Source: Candidatus Marsarchaeota archaeon (lineage in GTDB: Archaea > Micrarchaeota > Micrarchaeia > Micrarchaeales > Micrarchaeaceae). Taken from it: 64,000 nucleotides of DNA. The stretch is taken from the NCBI GenBank assembly GCA_023485295.1, contig JAMCZQ010000007.1:26335-90334 (forward strand), given 5' to 3'. Made by a program: the position numbers and the translations under genes. Below the pieces are notes generated by a model. The model did no database searches. It was not told the origin of the DNA and saw only the letters and a list, made by a program, of their open reading frames with translations. The stretch's first letter is position 1, and each line of letters opens with the position of its first letter. Positions 17,368 through 25,558 of the stretch are shown here, piece by piece.

Positions 17368-18105
17368 TTACCTCTTCAGCATTGCAAAGCGCCTTATATA
17401 AGTTTCGCTCTGCAGCACTACAAGAAATGGCAATGCGAAGAACGAATCTATAATGAGCGCGGCATAGGCAGCAGCGCTGGCACCCCCGAACGCAATCGGT
17501 ACAAGGTCCACAACGCTGAGTATTATAAATGCAGCAAGCAGCCACAAAACGAAGTAGGCGAATTTCTTCCTCATGAAGTGCAGGCTAGCCTGTATCGCCC
17601 TCACGGGCCTGTTTTCGTCTATGACTATTGAAGTTGGCGCATAAAACAAGAACGGTATCAGTATTATCACAACGATAGCCGTTATTATGCCAGAATAGCC
17701 AGTGTAGTATGTTATGAAATTTATGAATACAGGTATCGCAGTGAATGCTAGAAGCACTATAAAAACATTGCTCGTATTCTTCTCAAGTGAGCGTATGACC
17801 TCACCCTTTATCCTTGTGACTGTCCTGCTATGCTTTACTATCGTATTGATTGCAACTATGGCAAAGCTTAGAAATATCAGGGAGAATATCGTTGCAGCAA
17901 TTATCACTGCGGCATCAAAAAGGTTCAGGTTAAGGTATATGCTGCCAGTCCTAAGCAGTATGCTGCCAAGATCGTTATAAGTAGGAAACGGCGCAAGCAA
18001 CGGTATAAGCACCGCTATGAGAAAAGATATGGAGAAAAACCATATGAGCTTTATGTGCTTCTTGTAGATTCCTGCGGAATCCCCTAAAACCTCAAGCATT
18101 AACAC
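17368..18105 (-). CDS. Multi-pass membrane protein of unknown family (about 6 TM)
   Basis: 245-aa ORF with alternating hydrophobic segments and short basic loops. Co-oriented between the pilin-like genes and the membrane paralog array. Confidence 0.6.
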   Translation of the reverse strand: MLMLEVLGDSAGIYKKHIKLIWFFSISFLIAVLIPLLAPFPTYNDLGSILLRTGSIYLNLNLFDAAVIIAATIFSLIFLSFAIVAINTIVKHSRTVTRIKGEVIRSLEKNTSNVFIVLLAFTAIPVFINFITYYTGYSGIITAIVVIILIPFLFYAPTSIVIDENRPVRAIQASLHFMRKKFAYFVLWLLAAFIILSVVDLVPIAFGGASAAAYAALIIDSFFALPFLVVLQSETYIRRFAMLKR

Positions 18106-18180
18106 TACCTTCCATTATATTAGCAACAGAAATATTAAAAATAGGTCTTTTTGCCAAAAAGCAACAGCTAAGTGCCATCA

Positions 18181-18213
18181 AAGAAAAAATGCAGCCTGCA
18201 TTTTCATGCAGGC
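18181..18213 (-). terminator. Hairpin plus T-run just 3' of pilin-like copy A
   Basis: Perfect 8-bp stem gcctgcat (18194..18201) / atgcaggc (18206..18213) with a 4-nt loop. On the minus strand it is followed by TTTTTTCTT. Confidence 0.5.
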
Positions 18214-18619
18214 GCTTCAACCTCGCGAATCAGCAATATGACTTTATTGCGGACTCTGAGTTTCCTGTCAGGATTGCCAGTATGAACGGCGCGAGTTCTG
18301 CTATTATTACTCCTATTACGCCTCCTACTACCATTCCCATACCATATCCTTGTATGGAACCCTTGCTTTGTCCTGGCATTATGTGTGCAGCTGCATATAG
18401 CGCTCCTCCAAGCACTATCAGTGCCAGTCCCAATATGAATATACCGATGCTTATAGCACTGTATATTGGGCATATAACGCTGGTTATCGTTGCAAATGCG
18501 TTAGGCGCTGCGTATGATACGGTCGATGCGAATGCAAGCATTGGCAGTACCATCAGTACTATTCGGAAGACTTTCGAGTGCAATAGGTTCACTATTGACA
18601 GTAGTTTGGTCTCTAACAT
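18185..18619. repeat. Tandem direct repeat, unit A (period 577 bp), covering the pilin-like CDS plus its 3' hairpin
   Basis: I aligned it by eye to 18762..19196. It is identical except at 18488, 18562, 18608, 18611 and 18614. Confidence 0.9.
18230..18619 (-). CDS. VirB2/TrbC-like pilin candidate, copy A (signal peptide plus helix-loop-helix hydrophobic hairpin)
   Basis: The track ORF 18230..18628 starts at a GTG; the likely start is the ATG at 18619 (MLETKLL), preceded by AAGGTG. Leader ...MLAFASTVSYA/AP. Mature part: SVICPIY..ISIGIFILGLALIVLGGALYAAA - HIMPGQSKGSIQGYG - MGMVVGGVIGVIIAELAPFILAILTGNS. Confidence 0.65.
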   Translation of the reverse strand: MLETKLLSIVNLLHSKVFRIVLMVLPMLAFASTVSYAAPNAFATITSVICPIYSAISIGIFILGLALIVLGGALYAAAHIMPGQSKGSIQGYGMGMVVGGVIGVIIAELAPFILAILTGNSESAIKSYC

Positions 18620-18665
18620 TTCGTACACCTTTATACATCTTTAATTTAATTTCTTAAATAGCACA

Positions 18666-18675
18666 ATTTAAATAA
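18666..18675 (-). promoter_or_regulatory. TATA-like box (minus strand TTATTTAAAT) about 47-56 nt upstream of the copy A ATG
   Basis: Sits in the context GCGAAACTTATTTAAATT, matched by ACGAAAGGTATTTAATTT at the same spacing upstream of copy B. Confidence 0.35.
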
Positions 18676-18754
18676 GTTTCGCAATAAGTCTTGCAATACT
18701 GCGCACGTGCAGCAAACCTGCTTTGTATAGCTGTGGAACATAAAAAAATAGGAA

Positions 18755-18790
18755 CAAAAATAAAAATGCAGCCTGCATTTTCATGCAGGC
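18755..18790 (-). terminator. Hairpin plus T-runs just 3' of pilin-like copy B
   Basis: Same 8-bp stem (18771..18778 / 18783..18790). On the minus strand it is followed by TTTTTATTTTTGTT. Confidence 0.5.
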
Positions 18791-19196
18791 GCTTCAACCT
18801 CGCGAATCAGCAATATGACTTTATTGCGGACTCTGAGTTTCCTGTCAGGATTGCCAGTATGAACGGCGCGAGTTCTGCTATTATTACTCCTATTACGCCT
18901 CCTACTACCATTCCCATACCATATCCTTGTATGGAACCCTTGCTTTGTCCTGGCATTATGTGTGCAGCTGCATATAGCGCTCCTCCAAGCACTATCAGTG
19001 CCAGTCCCAATATGAATATACCGATGCTTATAGCACTGTATATTGGGCATATAACGCTGGTTATTGTTGCAAATGCGTTAGGCGCTGCGTATGATACGGT
19101 CGATGCGAATGCAAGCATTGGCAGTACCATCAGTACTACTCGGAAGACTTTCGAGTGCAATAGGTTCACTATTGACAGTAGTTTTGTTTCCAACAT
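18762..19196. repeat. Tandem direct repeat, unit B
   Basis: See unit A. Confidence 0.9.
18807..19196 (-). CDS. VirB2/TrbC-like pilin candidate, copy B
   Basis: The track ORF 18807..19238 extends further upstream, but the homologous ATG (MLETKLL) is at 19196 and is preceded by AAGGTG. The protein differs from copy A by one Ile/Val in the leader. Confidence 0.65.
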   Translation of the reverse strand: MLETKLLSIVNLLHSKVFRVVLMVLPMLAFASTVSYAAPNAFATITSVICPIYSAISIGIFILGLALIVLGGALYAAAHIMPGQSKGSIQGYGMGMVVGGVIGVIIAELAPFILAILTGNSESAIKSYC

Positions 19197-19244
19197 TTTT
19201 GTACACCTTGACATTTCTTGAATTGAATCATTCAGCAATCATAA

Positions 19245-19252
19245 ATTAAATA
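19245..19252 (-). promoter_or_regulatory. TATA-like box (minus strand TATTTAAT) about 49 nt upstream of the copy B ATG
   Basis: Same spacing and flanking CGAAA motif as copy A. Confidence 0.35.
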
Positions 19253-19425
19253 CCTTTCGTACAGCCACAAATTATGGAATATTTCAATAAAATGGAACGA
19301 ATGTTTAGTGCATTGCGTGAAGCTATAAAAGAATTTGCATAAAAGTATTAAGTATGGGCAGGCATTAACTTCTTTAAGATAAAATCTGCTTTACTATAAG
19401 ACTAGAAACTGCTGATTGTGATTTT

Positions 19426-21132
19426 ATGTATATACTTGGCATTTGGGACGGCCACGATGCCGGCGCAGCGCTGATAGAAGACAAGGAGGTAATATATGCT
19501 GCTAATGAGGAGCGCTTTACAAAGAGGAAGCTGGAGATAAAGTTTCCGTACCATTCTGTGCGTGCCGCCCTGGCATATGCAAATCTGAAGCCAACCGACA
19601 TAGAGCACATATCATTCACTACTACGGAACTTACAAAGACCCTTGAGCGCATATACCCACGGATGGCCGAGATCTATTACCAGTTCAGGAGGCGCAAAAT
19701 ACCGAAACCCATGCTGGAAAACTTCAGGCACAACATAAAATACACTCTGACGGGCGCAGGCATACTGCCCCTTTGCACCCCTATAAGCAAAAGCATAATA
19801 TCAAGGCATTTGTCCCACCTCGGCTTTAGGGACTTCAAGCTGCATGTGGTGGAGCACCATACCGCACATGCTGCGACGGCCGCGTTTACTTCCGGATTTC
19901 AGAAGGCCCTTGTCATAACGCTTGACGGGCTTGGGGACGGGCTTTCAGGCTCTGTAAGCGTGTATGAAAACGGGAAGATGGAAAGGCACATGGCAATACG
20001 TGCAAGGGATTCGCTAGGCGTATTCTACGAGCAGGTCACAAACATAGTCGGCATGCGTGAGCTGGAGGACGAAGGCAAGGTTATGGCAATGGCAGACTAC
20101 TCGTACCCGTTTGACTATGAGAGCAACAAGCTCAAGGACTTTTTCAAGGTCGAAGGTACGGTGCTAAGCGCAAAATACAATTTCAGAAAGGAGTTTTCAA
20201 TGCTTCAAAAAATCGCATGGCAGCTCCCAAGGGAGCAATTCGCATACATGGCGCAGCAGCTGCTGGAGAACACAGTACTCAAGTTCGTAAGCAATGTCTG
20301 CGACAGGTTCGGCATAGAAAACGTTGTGTTTGCCGGAGGCCTCTTCTCAAACATAAAGGCTAACATGCGCATAAGGGGCCTTGAGCACATAAAGCACTGG
20401 TACGTATTCCCGCATATGGGCGATGGCGGCATAGCGCTCGGCAGCGCCCTCTATACTAATTACATGCTGACCGGCACAACGACACACAGCTTCAGCGCCT
20501 ACCTTGGCAATCAGTACTCGCAGGATGAGACCATTGAGCACATAAAGAAGGACAGGCAATTTGAATTCACAGCAGAGCCTATTCAAGACCAGGCAAGGCA
20601 CGCAGCAGAGCTAATAAGCAATGGCAACTACCTGTTCTGGTTCCAAGGAAGGATGGAGTACGGCCCGAGGGCGCTAGGGGACAGGAGCATACTTGCGTCT
20701 CCGGAATCCGAAGAGGTTAAGGACAGATTAAACCTGCATGTCAAAAGGCGGGAATGGTTCCAGCCATTCGCGCCGTCGCTTCTGGAGGAGGAGGCCAACA
20801 GAATCCTGTATTTCGATGGCAAAGGCTATGACAAATACATGACAATGGGATACATGGTAAGGGAAGACGCGCGCGATATAACGAAGTCTGTTGTAAACGT
20901 GGACCATTCGGCCAGGCCGCAGATGGTTGGCGAAGAGAACCCTGCCTACAAGCAGCTCCTGGCTTCAGTGCGCAGGCTAACTGGGTACGGCATAGTGCTG
21001 AACACGAGCTTCAACCTGCACGGAATGCCCATAGTCATGGACCCTGCCGATGCCATCGCAACAATGAAGGCTACAAAAACGAAATACATGTTCATAAATG
21101 GGGTAACAGTAGTCAATAAAAAAGGTGTCTGA
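19426..21132 (+). CDS. Carbamoyltransferase (NodU/CmcH family)
   Basis: 568-aa ORF. N-terminus ILGIWDGHDAGAALIEDKEVIYAANEERFTKRK and a C-terminal NTSFN motif, typical of the family. Confidence 0.8.
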   Translation: MYILGIWDGHDAGAALIEDKEVIYAANEERFTKRKLEIKFPYHSVRAALAYANLKPTDIEHISFTTTELTKTLERIYPRMAEIYYQFRRRKIPKPMLENFRHNIKYTLTGAGILPLCTPISKSIISRHLSHLGFRDFKLHVVEHHTAHAATAAFTSGFQKALVITLDGLGDGLSGSVSVYENGKMERHMAIRARDSLGVFYEQVTNIVGMRELEDEGKVMAMADYSYPFDYESNKLKDFFKVEGTVLSAKYNFRKEFSMLQKIAWQLPREQFAYMAQQLLENTVLKFVSNVCDRFGIENVVFAGGLFSNIKANMRIRGLEHIKHWYVFPHMGDGGIALGSALYTNYMLTGTTTHSFSAYLGNQYSQDETIEHIKKDRQFEFTAEPIQDQARHAAELISNGNYLFWFQGRMEYGPRALGDRSILASPESEEVKDRLNLHVKRREWFQPFAPSLLEEEANRILYFDGKGYDKYMTMGYMVREDARDITKSVVNVDHSARPQMVGEENPAYKQLLASVRRLTGYGIVLNTSFNLHGMPIVMDPADAIATMKATKTKYMFINGVTVVNKKGV

Positions 21133-21136
21133 AAGG

Positions 21137-22444
21137 ATGAACTATGCCATAGAGGAGTACACATTCACTGTCGGGATCCTCATAGCATTTATAGGCACGA
21201 TCATTGCGGTTTATGGATCAAGGCACAGCATCTATGAAGTGCTCCGCGAATCTGGCATGAACAAAAGGCTGCTGCTTCTTGCCATTGTAATGGTGCTGGT
21301 TTTTGCAGGCCTGGAGCTTGCAATAGTGAAGCCAACGCAGCAGCTGTTTTTCGACGACGTAATATATCAGGGCATGGCCCAGGACCTTATACACACCGGC
21401 CAGGCGTGGATGTGCAATTATGGCACGCCTGCAAAATGCTTCATAGGCCAGACATTCCACGAGCCGATAGGGACAGCATTCACGCTTGGCATAGCATTCC
21501 TTGCATTCGGCGTTAATGCGTCTTCTGCTTACGGCACGGGGTTTTTCCTTGCTGCTGTCTCTGTGCTGTTCACATTCCTTATAGCCCTTGTCCTTTCCAA
21601 GGAGCCATACGTGGCTGTATTCTCCACGCTTTTCATGGCCCTGTCCCCAATACTGCTCGTATGGGCGTATCCAACCACATCTGACATGCCCATGCTTGCA
21701 TATTCGCTCATAGCCATATTCTTCATGCTTGTATTTTCTTCGCGAAGGAATGCCTGGACATTCATGCTGGTGCTGTCCTCCTTGGCCCTACTGGCGTACA
21801 TGAAGATCGACGCAATAGCATATGTGGTATTGATACCTCTGCTTTACATTATAATATCCGACAATGGGATAAAAGATTCGATAAGGAAGAATGCAGCCAG
21901 GCTCAAGAACAACGCATTCAATACGCCCATGCTGGTTGCGCTTCTCATATTCGTAATCGCAATAGCCCCAGAGGTAGGATTCGCGCACTACGAGCTCCAG
22001 CACGGCAGCTACGGCTATGCCGACACAACAGTGCAAAAATCATGCTCGGCAAGTCCATCGTTTATCACGCCTTCGAAGCCGATAGACTTGCAAAACCTGG
22101 AGGCGAATATATGCGGCAACATAAATTTTTGGCTAGGCGCCTACAACAAAACAGACATAATCCAGCCTTTCGCCTTCACAGCATTTGCAATTGTTGGCAT
22201 CGCATTCCTTGCAGTATACGGCTACTGGCGCCAGGCGCTCTTCCTTGGAATATGGTTCCTGGCATTTTTCCTGCTTTATACGTCGTTCTATGCCGGCGGC
22301 GTGCTTTACGGAGTGGACTGGAGATTTATGCTTTCCGTGATAACGCCAGTATGCATATTCGGGGGCTACGGCGTCTATGGTATAATAAAGTCTGCGGACA
22401 ATTTTATGTACAGGTGGCAAAAGGATGGAAGTGCAAAGAGGTAA
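21137..22444 (+). CDS. GT-C fold membrane glycosyltransferase (PMT/ArnT-like, Dol-P-sugar dependent)
   Basis: About 435 aa with about 11 TM. First-loop acidic motif FFDDVIY, comparable to the DExxY/DD motif of GT39/GT83 enzymes. The track ORF starts at GTG 21125. Confidence 0.55.
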   Translation: MNYAIEEYTFTVGILIAFIGTIIAVYGSRHSIYEVLRESGMNKRLLLLAIVMVLVFAGLELAIVKPTQQLFFDDVIYQGMAQDLIHTGQAWMCNYGTPAKCFIGQTFHEPIGTAFTLGIAFLAFGVNASSAYGTGFFLAAVSVLFTFLIALVLSKEPYVAVFSTLFMALSPILLVWAYPTTSDMPMLAYSLIAIFFMLVFSSRRNAWTFMLVLSSLALLAYMKIDAIAYVVLIPLLYIIISDNGIKDSIRKNAARLKNNAFNTPMLVALLIFVIAIAPEVGFAHYELQHGSYGYADTTVQKSCSASPSFITPSKPIDLQNLEANICGNINFWLGAYNKTDIIQPFAFTAFAIVGIAFLAVYGYWRQALFLGIWFLAFFLLYTSFYAGGVLYGVDWRFMLSVITPVCIFGGYGVYGIIKSADNFMYRWQKDGSAKR

Positions 22445-22886
22445 AAACAGGGTGCTGGCAGCGGCAATGCTGATAATACTTGCGGTTATAGCGGTTTCTT
22501 TCGCATTGCAGGTAAAAGAGCTTTCGATAAATCCTTCCAACATAATGCAAGCAGGAAGCGCAAGGTTTTATGAGAACTTCATATACAATTCAAGCAGCTA
22601 CATACCTAGCAACTGCGTGGTATACACATATGACCCTACGCTGTTTAACGTCATAGGCAAGCCGGCGCTGCAGTATTCCTACCTGTACAATGCATCGTTT
22701 TACGAAAACGTATCGCGGAATTACAGCTGCAGCATAATAGACTATGGCTATTGGTGCACTACGCCTGGCAACATCTGCAGCAATGCATTCACGCTCTACA
22801 AGACCAAGCCGATAGTAACGGCAGTCTACAAGCCAATGGACCTGACATACGGCTTATACTTGATAACCGGTAAAAACGAGAGCTGA
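22425..22886 (+). CDS. Exported/anchored Cys-containing protein, possibly the detached C-terminal ectodomain of the GT-C enzyme
   Basis: 153-aa ORF with one N-terminal TM. It overlaps the GT-C gene by 20 nt in another frame. Confidence 0.5.
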   Translation: MEVQRGKNRVLAAAMLIILAVIAVSFALQVKELSINPSNIMQAGSARFYENFIYNSSSYIPSNCVVYTYDPTLFNVIGKPALQYSYLYNASFYENVSRNYSCSIIDYGYWCTTPGNICSNAFTLYKTKPIVTAVYKPMDLTYGLYLITGKNES

Positions 22887-22889
22887 AGC

Positions 22890-23564
22890 CTATTTAAGGT
22901 TTAACAATATGGTCTTGAGTATCACGTAGCCGTCCCTCAGCGAACGCAGCTTGCCTTCCCCGGCGCTCCGCTTCTTCTCATAGCTTGGCACTTCAATGAC
23001 CCTCAGGTTTGCCTTCACTGCCTTTATGTTTATCTCTGTCTCTATTCCGAACCCGTCGGATTTCAGCCCAAGCGATTTTATGGTGTTTTTCCTGAAGCTC
23101 CTGTAGCCGTAGCACAGGTCGGAATAGTGCGCCCCGTAAAGCGCATTCACAAGCATTACAAAAGCCTTGTTGCCGAAACGCCTATAAAGCGGAAGGTCGT
23201 CCGAGCCTCCGCCTATGAGGAAGCGGGATCCCATGCAGATGTCATATCCTGCCTCGACCCCTGCTATCAGAAGCTTGAGCTCAAGAGGCCTGTGCGACAG
23301 GTCAGCGTCCATGGATACTATTATCTCGCCTGACGCCTTCTTAAAGCCGAGCTTCAGTGCGCTGCCCTTGCCATTGTCGTCGTAAAACACCTTGGTCCCC
23401 TTTCCTGCAGCTATACTGGCTGTGCCGTCCGGCGAATGCTTGTCCACAACTATTACCTCGTAGGCGTAGCCTTCCATAACCTCGCGGATTCCATCCAGGA
23501 GCGGCCCTATGTTTTTGGCCTCGTTGAATGTGGGTATGATTATGCTTACATAAGGCTTATGCAT
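22890..23564 (-). CDS. GT2 glycosyltransferase, dolichyl-phosphate mannose/glucose synthase-like
   Basis: 224 aa. VSIIIPTFNE, VVDKHSPDGT, SMDADLSH. Confidence 0.85.
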   Translation of the reverse strand: MHKPYVSIIIPTFNEAKNIGPLLDGIREVMEGYAYEVIVVDKHSPDGTASIAAGKGTKVFYDDNGKGSALKLGFKKASGEIIVSMDADLSHRPLELKLLIAGVEAGYDICMGSRFLIGGGSDDLPLYRRFGNKAFVMLVNALYGAHYSDLCYGYRSFRKNTIKSLGLKSDGFGIETEINIKAVKANLRVIEVPSYEKKRSAGEGKLRSLRDGYVILKTILLNLK

Positions 23565-24441
23565 TCTGATCAGCGTTTGTTTTTTTCTTGAGCTTCCTGC
23601 CGCGCACTGCAGATGCGGCTATTAATGCAATTAGGGCTGCAACTATGAATATAAAGGCATATCCTATAAGGTTCTGCGAATGCGATGCCTGTGTGGCATA
23701 GGGATTGAACACGAAATTTACAAGCGAAGAGCGATAAGCCCCGCCATACATATATGCCGCAGCTATGCCTATGCTGTAGCTTGCATTCTGTATTCCTGGC
23801 AGCTTCTGTGTTGAAAAATTGAACGTAGCTGTAGAAGAGCCGTTAGGGTTTGCAGAAAAGTTCAAAATCTGCGGCCTGAAATCGACCTGTGGCGGTGCAA
23901 TCAGATAAAGGCTCAGGTTAACTGGCGTGGGGGCTATGTCATACACTGAAACCATAAGCTTGCCTTTGCTGTAGTTGAGCGACTGGACAGAAACGTAATC
24001 CGTAAGGTTTGACCTTTCGTAATAGAACGTGCACGGGAATGACGCGAAGAACGTGGAGGACTGCTGCCTGTATTCTGCCATTATGCCGAAGATGTACTCT
24101 CCGGGCACGGTAAGGCCTGTTATATTCAGGCTGAAATGCCTGGAGCTGCCAGGAGCTATGGCGCCAGCCTGTATTGCATTTGCATGCAGGCTGCGTGCAA
24201 AAGCCCCGTAGAATCTAGGCACGAGCGTAATATTGCTCGCCTGTGCGTTTCCGCTGTTCGAAAGAGTGAATTCTACATTTGCGTTTCCTCCGAAGCCTGT
24301 TGCGCCTTGCGCGCAGGTTCCACTAAGCACAACTGTAGAGGCTGTTGAAACATATGCAGCAGCCGCAATCAGCAACAGCAGATAAAAGGCAAACCTGATC
24401 AAGCGCATCTTATCACTACATAGAGCGATTGCCACGGGCAT
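23557..24441 (-). CDS. Exported beta-rich surface protein with a C-terminal TM anchor and basic tail
   Basis: 294-aa ORF; the likely start is MRLIRFAFYLLLL at 24408. Contains several N-x-S/T sequons. C-terminus IGYAFIFIVAALIALIAASAVRGRKLKKK. Confidence 0.55.
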   Translation of the reverse strand: MPVAIALCSDKMRLIRFAFYLLLLIAAAAYVSTASTVVLSGTCAQGATGFGGNANVEFTLSNSGNAQASNITLVPRFYGAFARSLHANAIQAGAIAPGSSRHFSLNITGLTVPGEYIFGIMAEYRQQSSTFFASFPCTFYYERSNLTDYVSVQSLNYSKGKLMVSVYDIAPTPVNLSLYLIAPPQVDFRPQILNFSANPNGSSTATFNFSTQKLPGIQNASYSIGIAAAYMYGGAYRSSLVNFVFNPYATQASHSQNLIGYAFIFIVAALIALIAASAVRGRKLKKKTNADQNA

Positions 24442-24532
24442 TCATAAACTAGAAGCAATCACGTCCAATTACATTACTATTTTATATTATTATAGTTAAA
24501 ACTTTTGCTGGTATATATCTAACGGTTTTGCA

Positions 24533-25102
24533 ATGGCAGATGTAAAAAACGAGATTGCAGCCGCTGACAGGCTCCTCAAATCGCGGCAGGAAACATACGA
24601 CAAGGCAAACGAGCTTGCACGCGACATTGTACGCTCTTCAGGCATTGCGATAGCACGCATGCACAACACGAGTGCTGCAGGCCCAAGCCTAAGCCGGATC
24701 AAGGCAATGGTGGAAAAGCTAAAGTCCATGGAGCTGTCGAACAGCAACATAAAGCTGCAGGCATTGCAGGAGTATTCGGAAGCTGCAATATTCAAAGAGA
24801 TAAAGAGGAGCGGCTCAGTGCCGCCGATGGGCGCGCTGGGGGTCGGAGAGCAGGCATACCTGCTTGGCTTGATGGATGCGATAGGCGAGCTAAAGCGCGA
24901 GGTATTCGAGTCGCTTAACAGGGGCGACCTGAAGCTTGCGGAGAAATACACGGCAATAATGGCTAACGCCTATGACGCTAGCAGGCAGATACGCTACCAG
25001 GATTCCATACTGCCAGGATTCAGGAGAAAGCAGGATGCGGCGCGCATCATGCTGGAAAGCTGCATGTCAGAGCTGCTCTATTTCAAGCTGCATTCCAAAT
25101 GA
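24533..25102 (+). CDS. Translin-family protein
   Basis: 189 aa. YLLGLMDAIGELKRE ... LPGFRRKQDAAR pattern, characteristic of archaeal translin-like proteins. Confidence 0.6.
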   Translation: MADVKNEIAAADRLLKSRQETYDKANELARDIVRSSGIAIARMHNTSAAGPSLSRIKAMVEKLKSMELSNSNIKLQALQEYSEAAIFKEIKRSGSVPPMGALGVGEQAYLLGLMDAIGELKREVFESLNRGDLKLAEKYTAIMANAYDASRQIRYQDSILPGFRRKQDAARIMLESCMSELLYFKLHSK

Positions 25103-25159
25103 CTTCGTTGATAAGCAATACTGTATGCAAGATTTTAGTAATATACCTAAAAAAGAATA

Positions 25160-25558
25160 ATGATGCAAAAGCAGGGAAGCAACCTGGATTTCGGCAAGTC
25201 GGTTGAGGATGCTGTTTTTAGCATGAGCGAAGGCAAAGCTGGTTTTTACATAAGCAAATACATTGCTGAGTTGGGCACAGGGCCCGGATCTCAGGGCCTG
25301 CCGGAATATGTTGCAATAGATTCAGCGTTTCTTCGCATAGGGGTAAGGCTGTCAGGGTATAGGGCAGGCTCGCCGCAGGAATATTACAGGGTGATAGCTA
25401 ACGCAAAGACCGCATTTAAGATGCTAGCAGATGCGAGCCTCAAGGACGAGAATTTCAAGCATACGCTCCTTTCTGTAAAAAGATACTGGTTCCCAAAGGA
25501 TGTTTCACAGTACTTGGAAGAGCTTTACGAGAGCATTTTTCCATCACTCAGGCGCTAA
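25160..25558 (+). CDS. Hypothetical protein
   Basis: 132-aa ORF in otherwise non-coding space. No motif recognised. Confidence 0.45.
   Translation: MMQKQGSNLDFGKSVEDAVFSMSEGKAGFYISKYIAELGTGPGSQGLPEYVAIDSAFLRIGVRLSGYRAGSPQEYYRVIANAKTAFKMLADASLKDENFKHTLLSVKRYWFPKDVSQYLEELYESIFPSLRR

Noticed and set aside
18189-19221. Long plus-strand ORFs (151 and 176 aa) covering the duplicated units
   Set aside because: The differences between the two copies are synonymous on the minus strand and non-synonymous on the plus strand. The minus-strand product has a coherent signal peptide plus two-helix architecture, an AAGGTG ribosome-binding motif and a 3' hairpin with T-run. The plus-strand ORFs are antisense shadows.
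1739-19238. Calling the whole block an integrated conjugative element or provirus
   Set aside because: I found no integrase, relaxase, replication gene, tRNA attachment site or flanking direct repeats. Base composition looks like the rest of the window, and the immediate neighbours are housekeeping genes. I cannot exclude ancient domestication, so it is reported as a chromosomal system rather than a mobile element.
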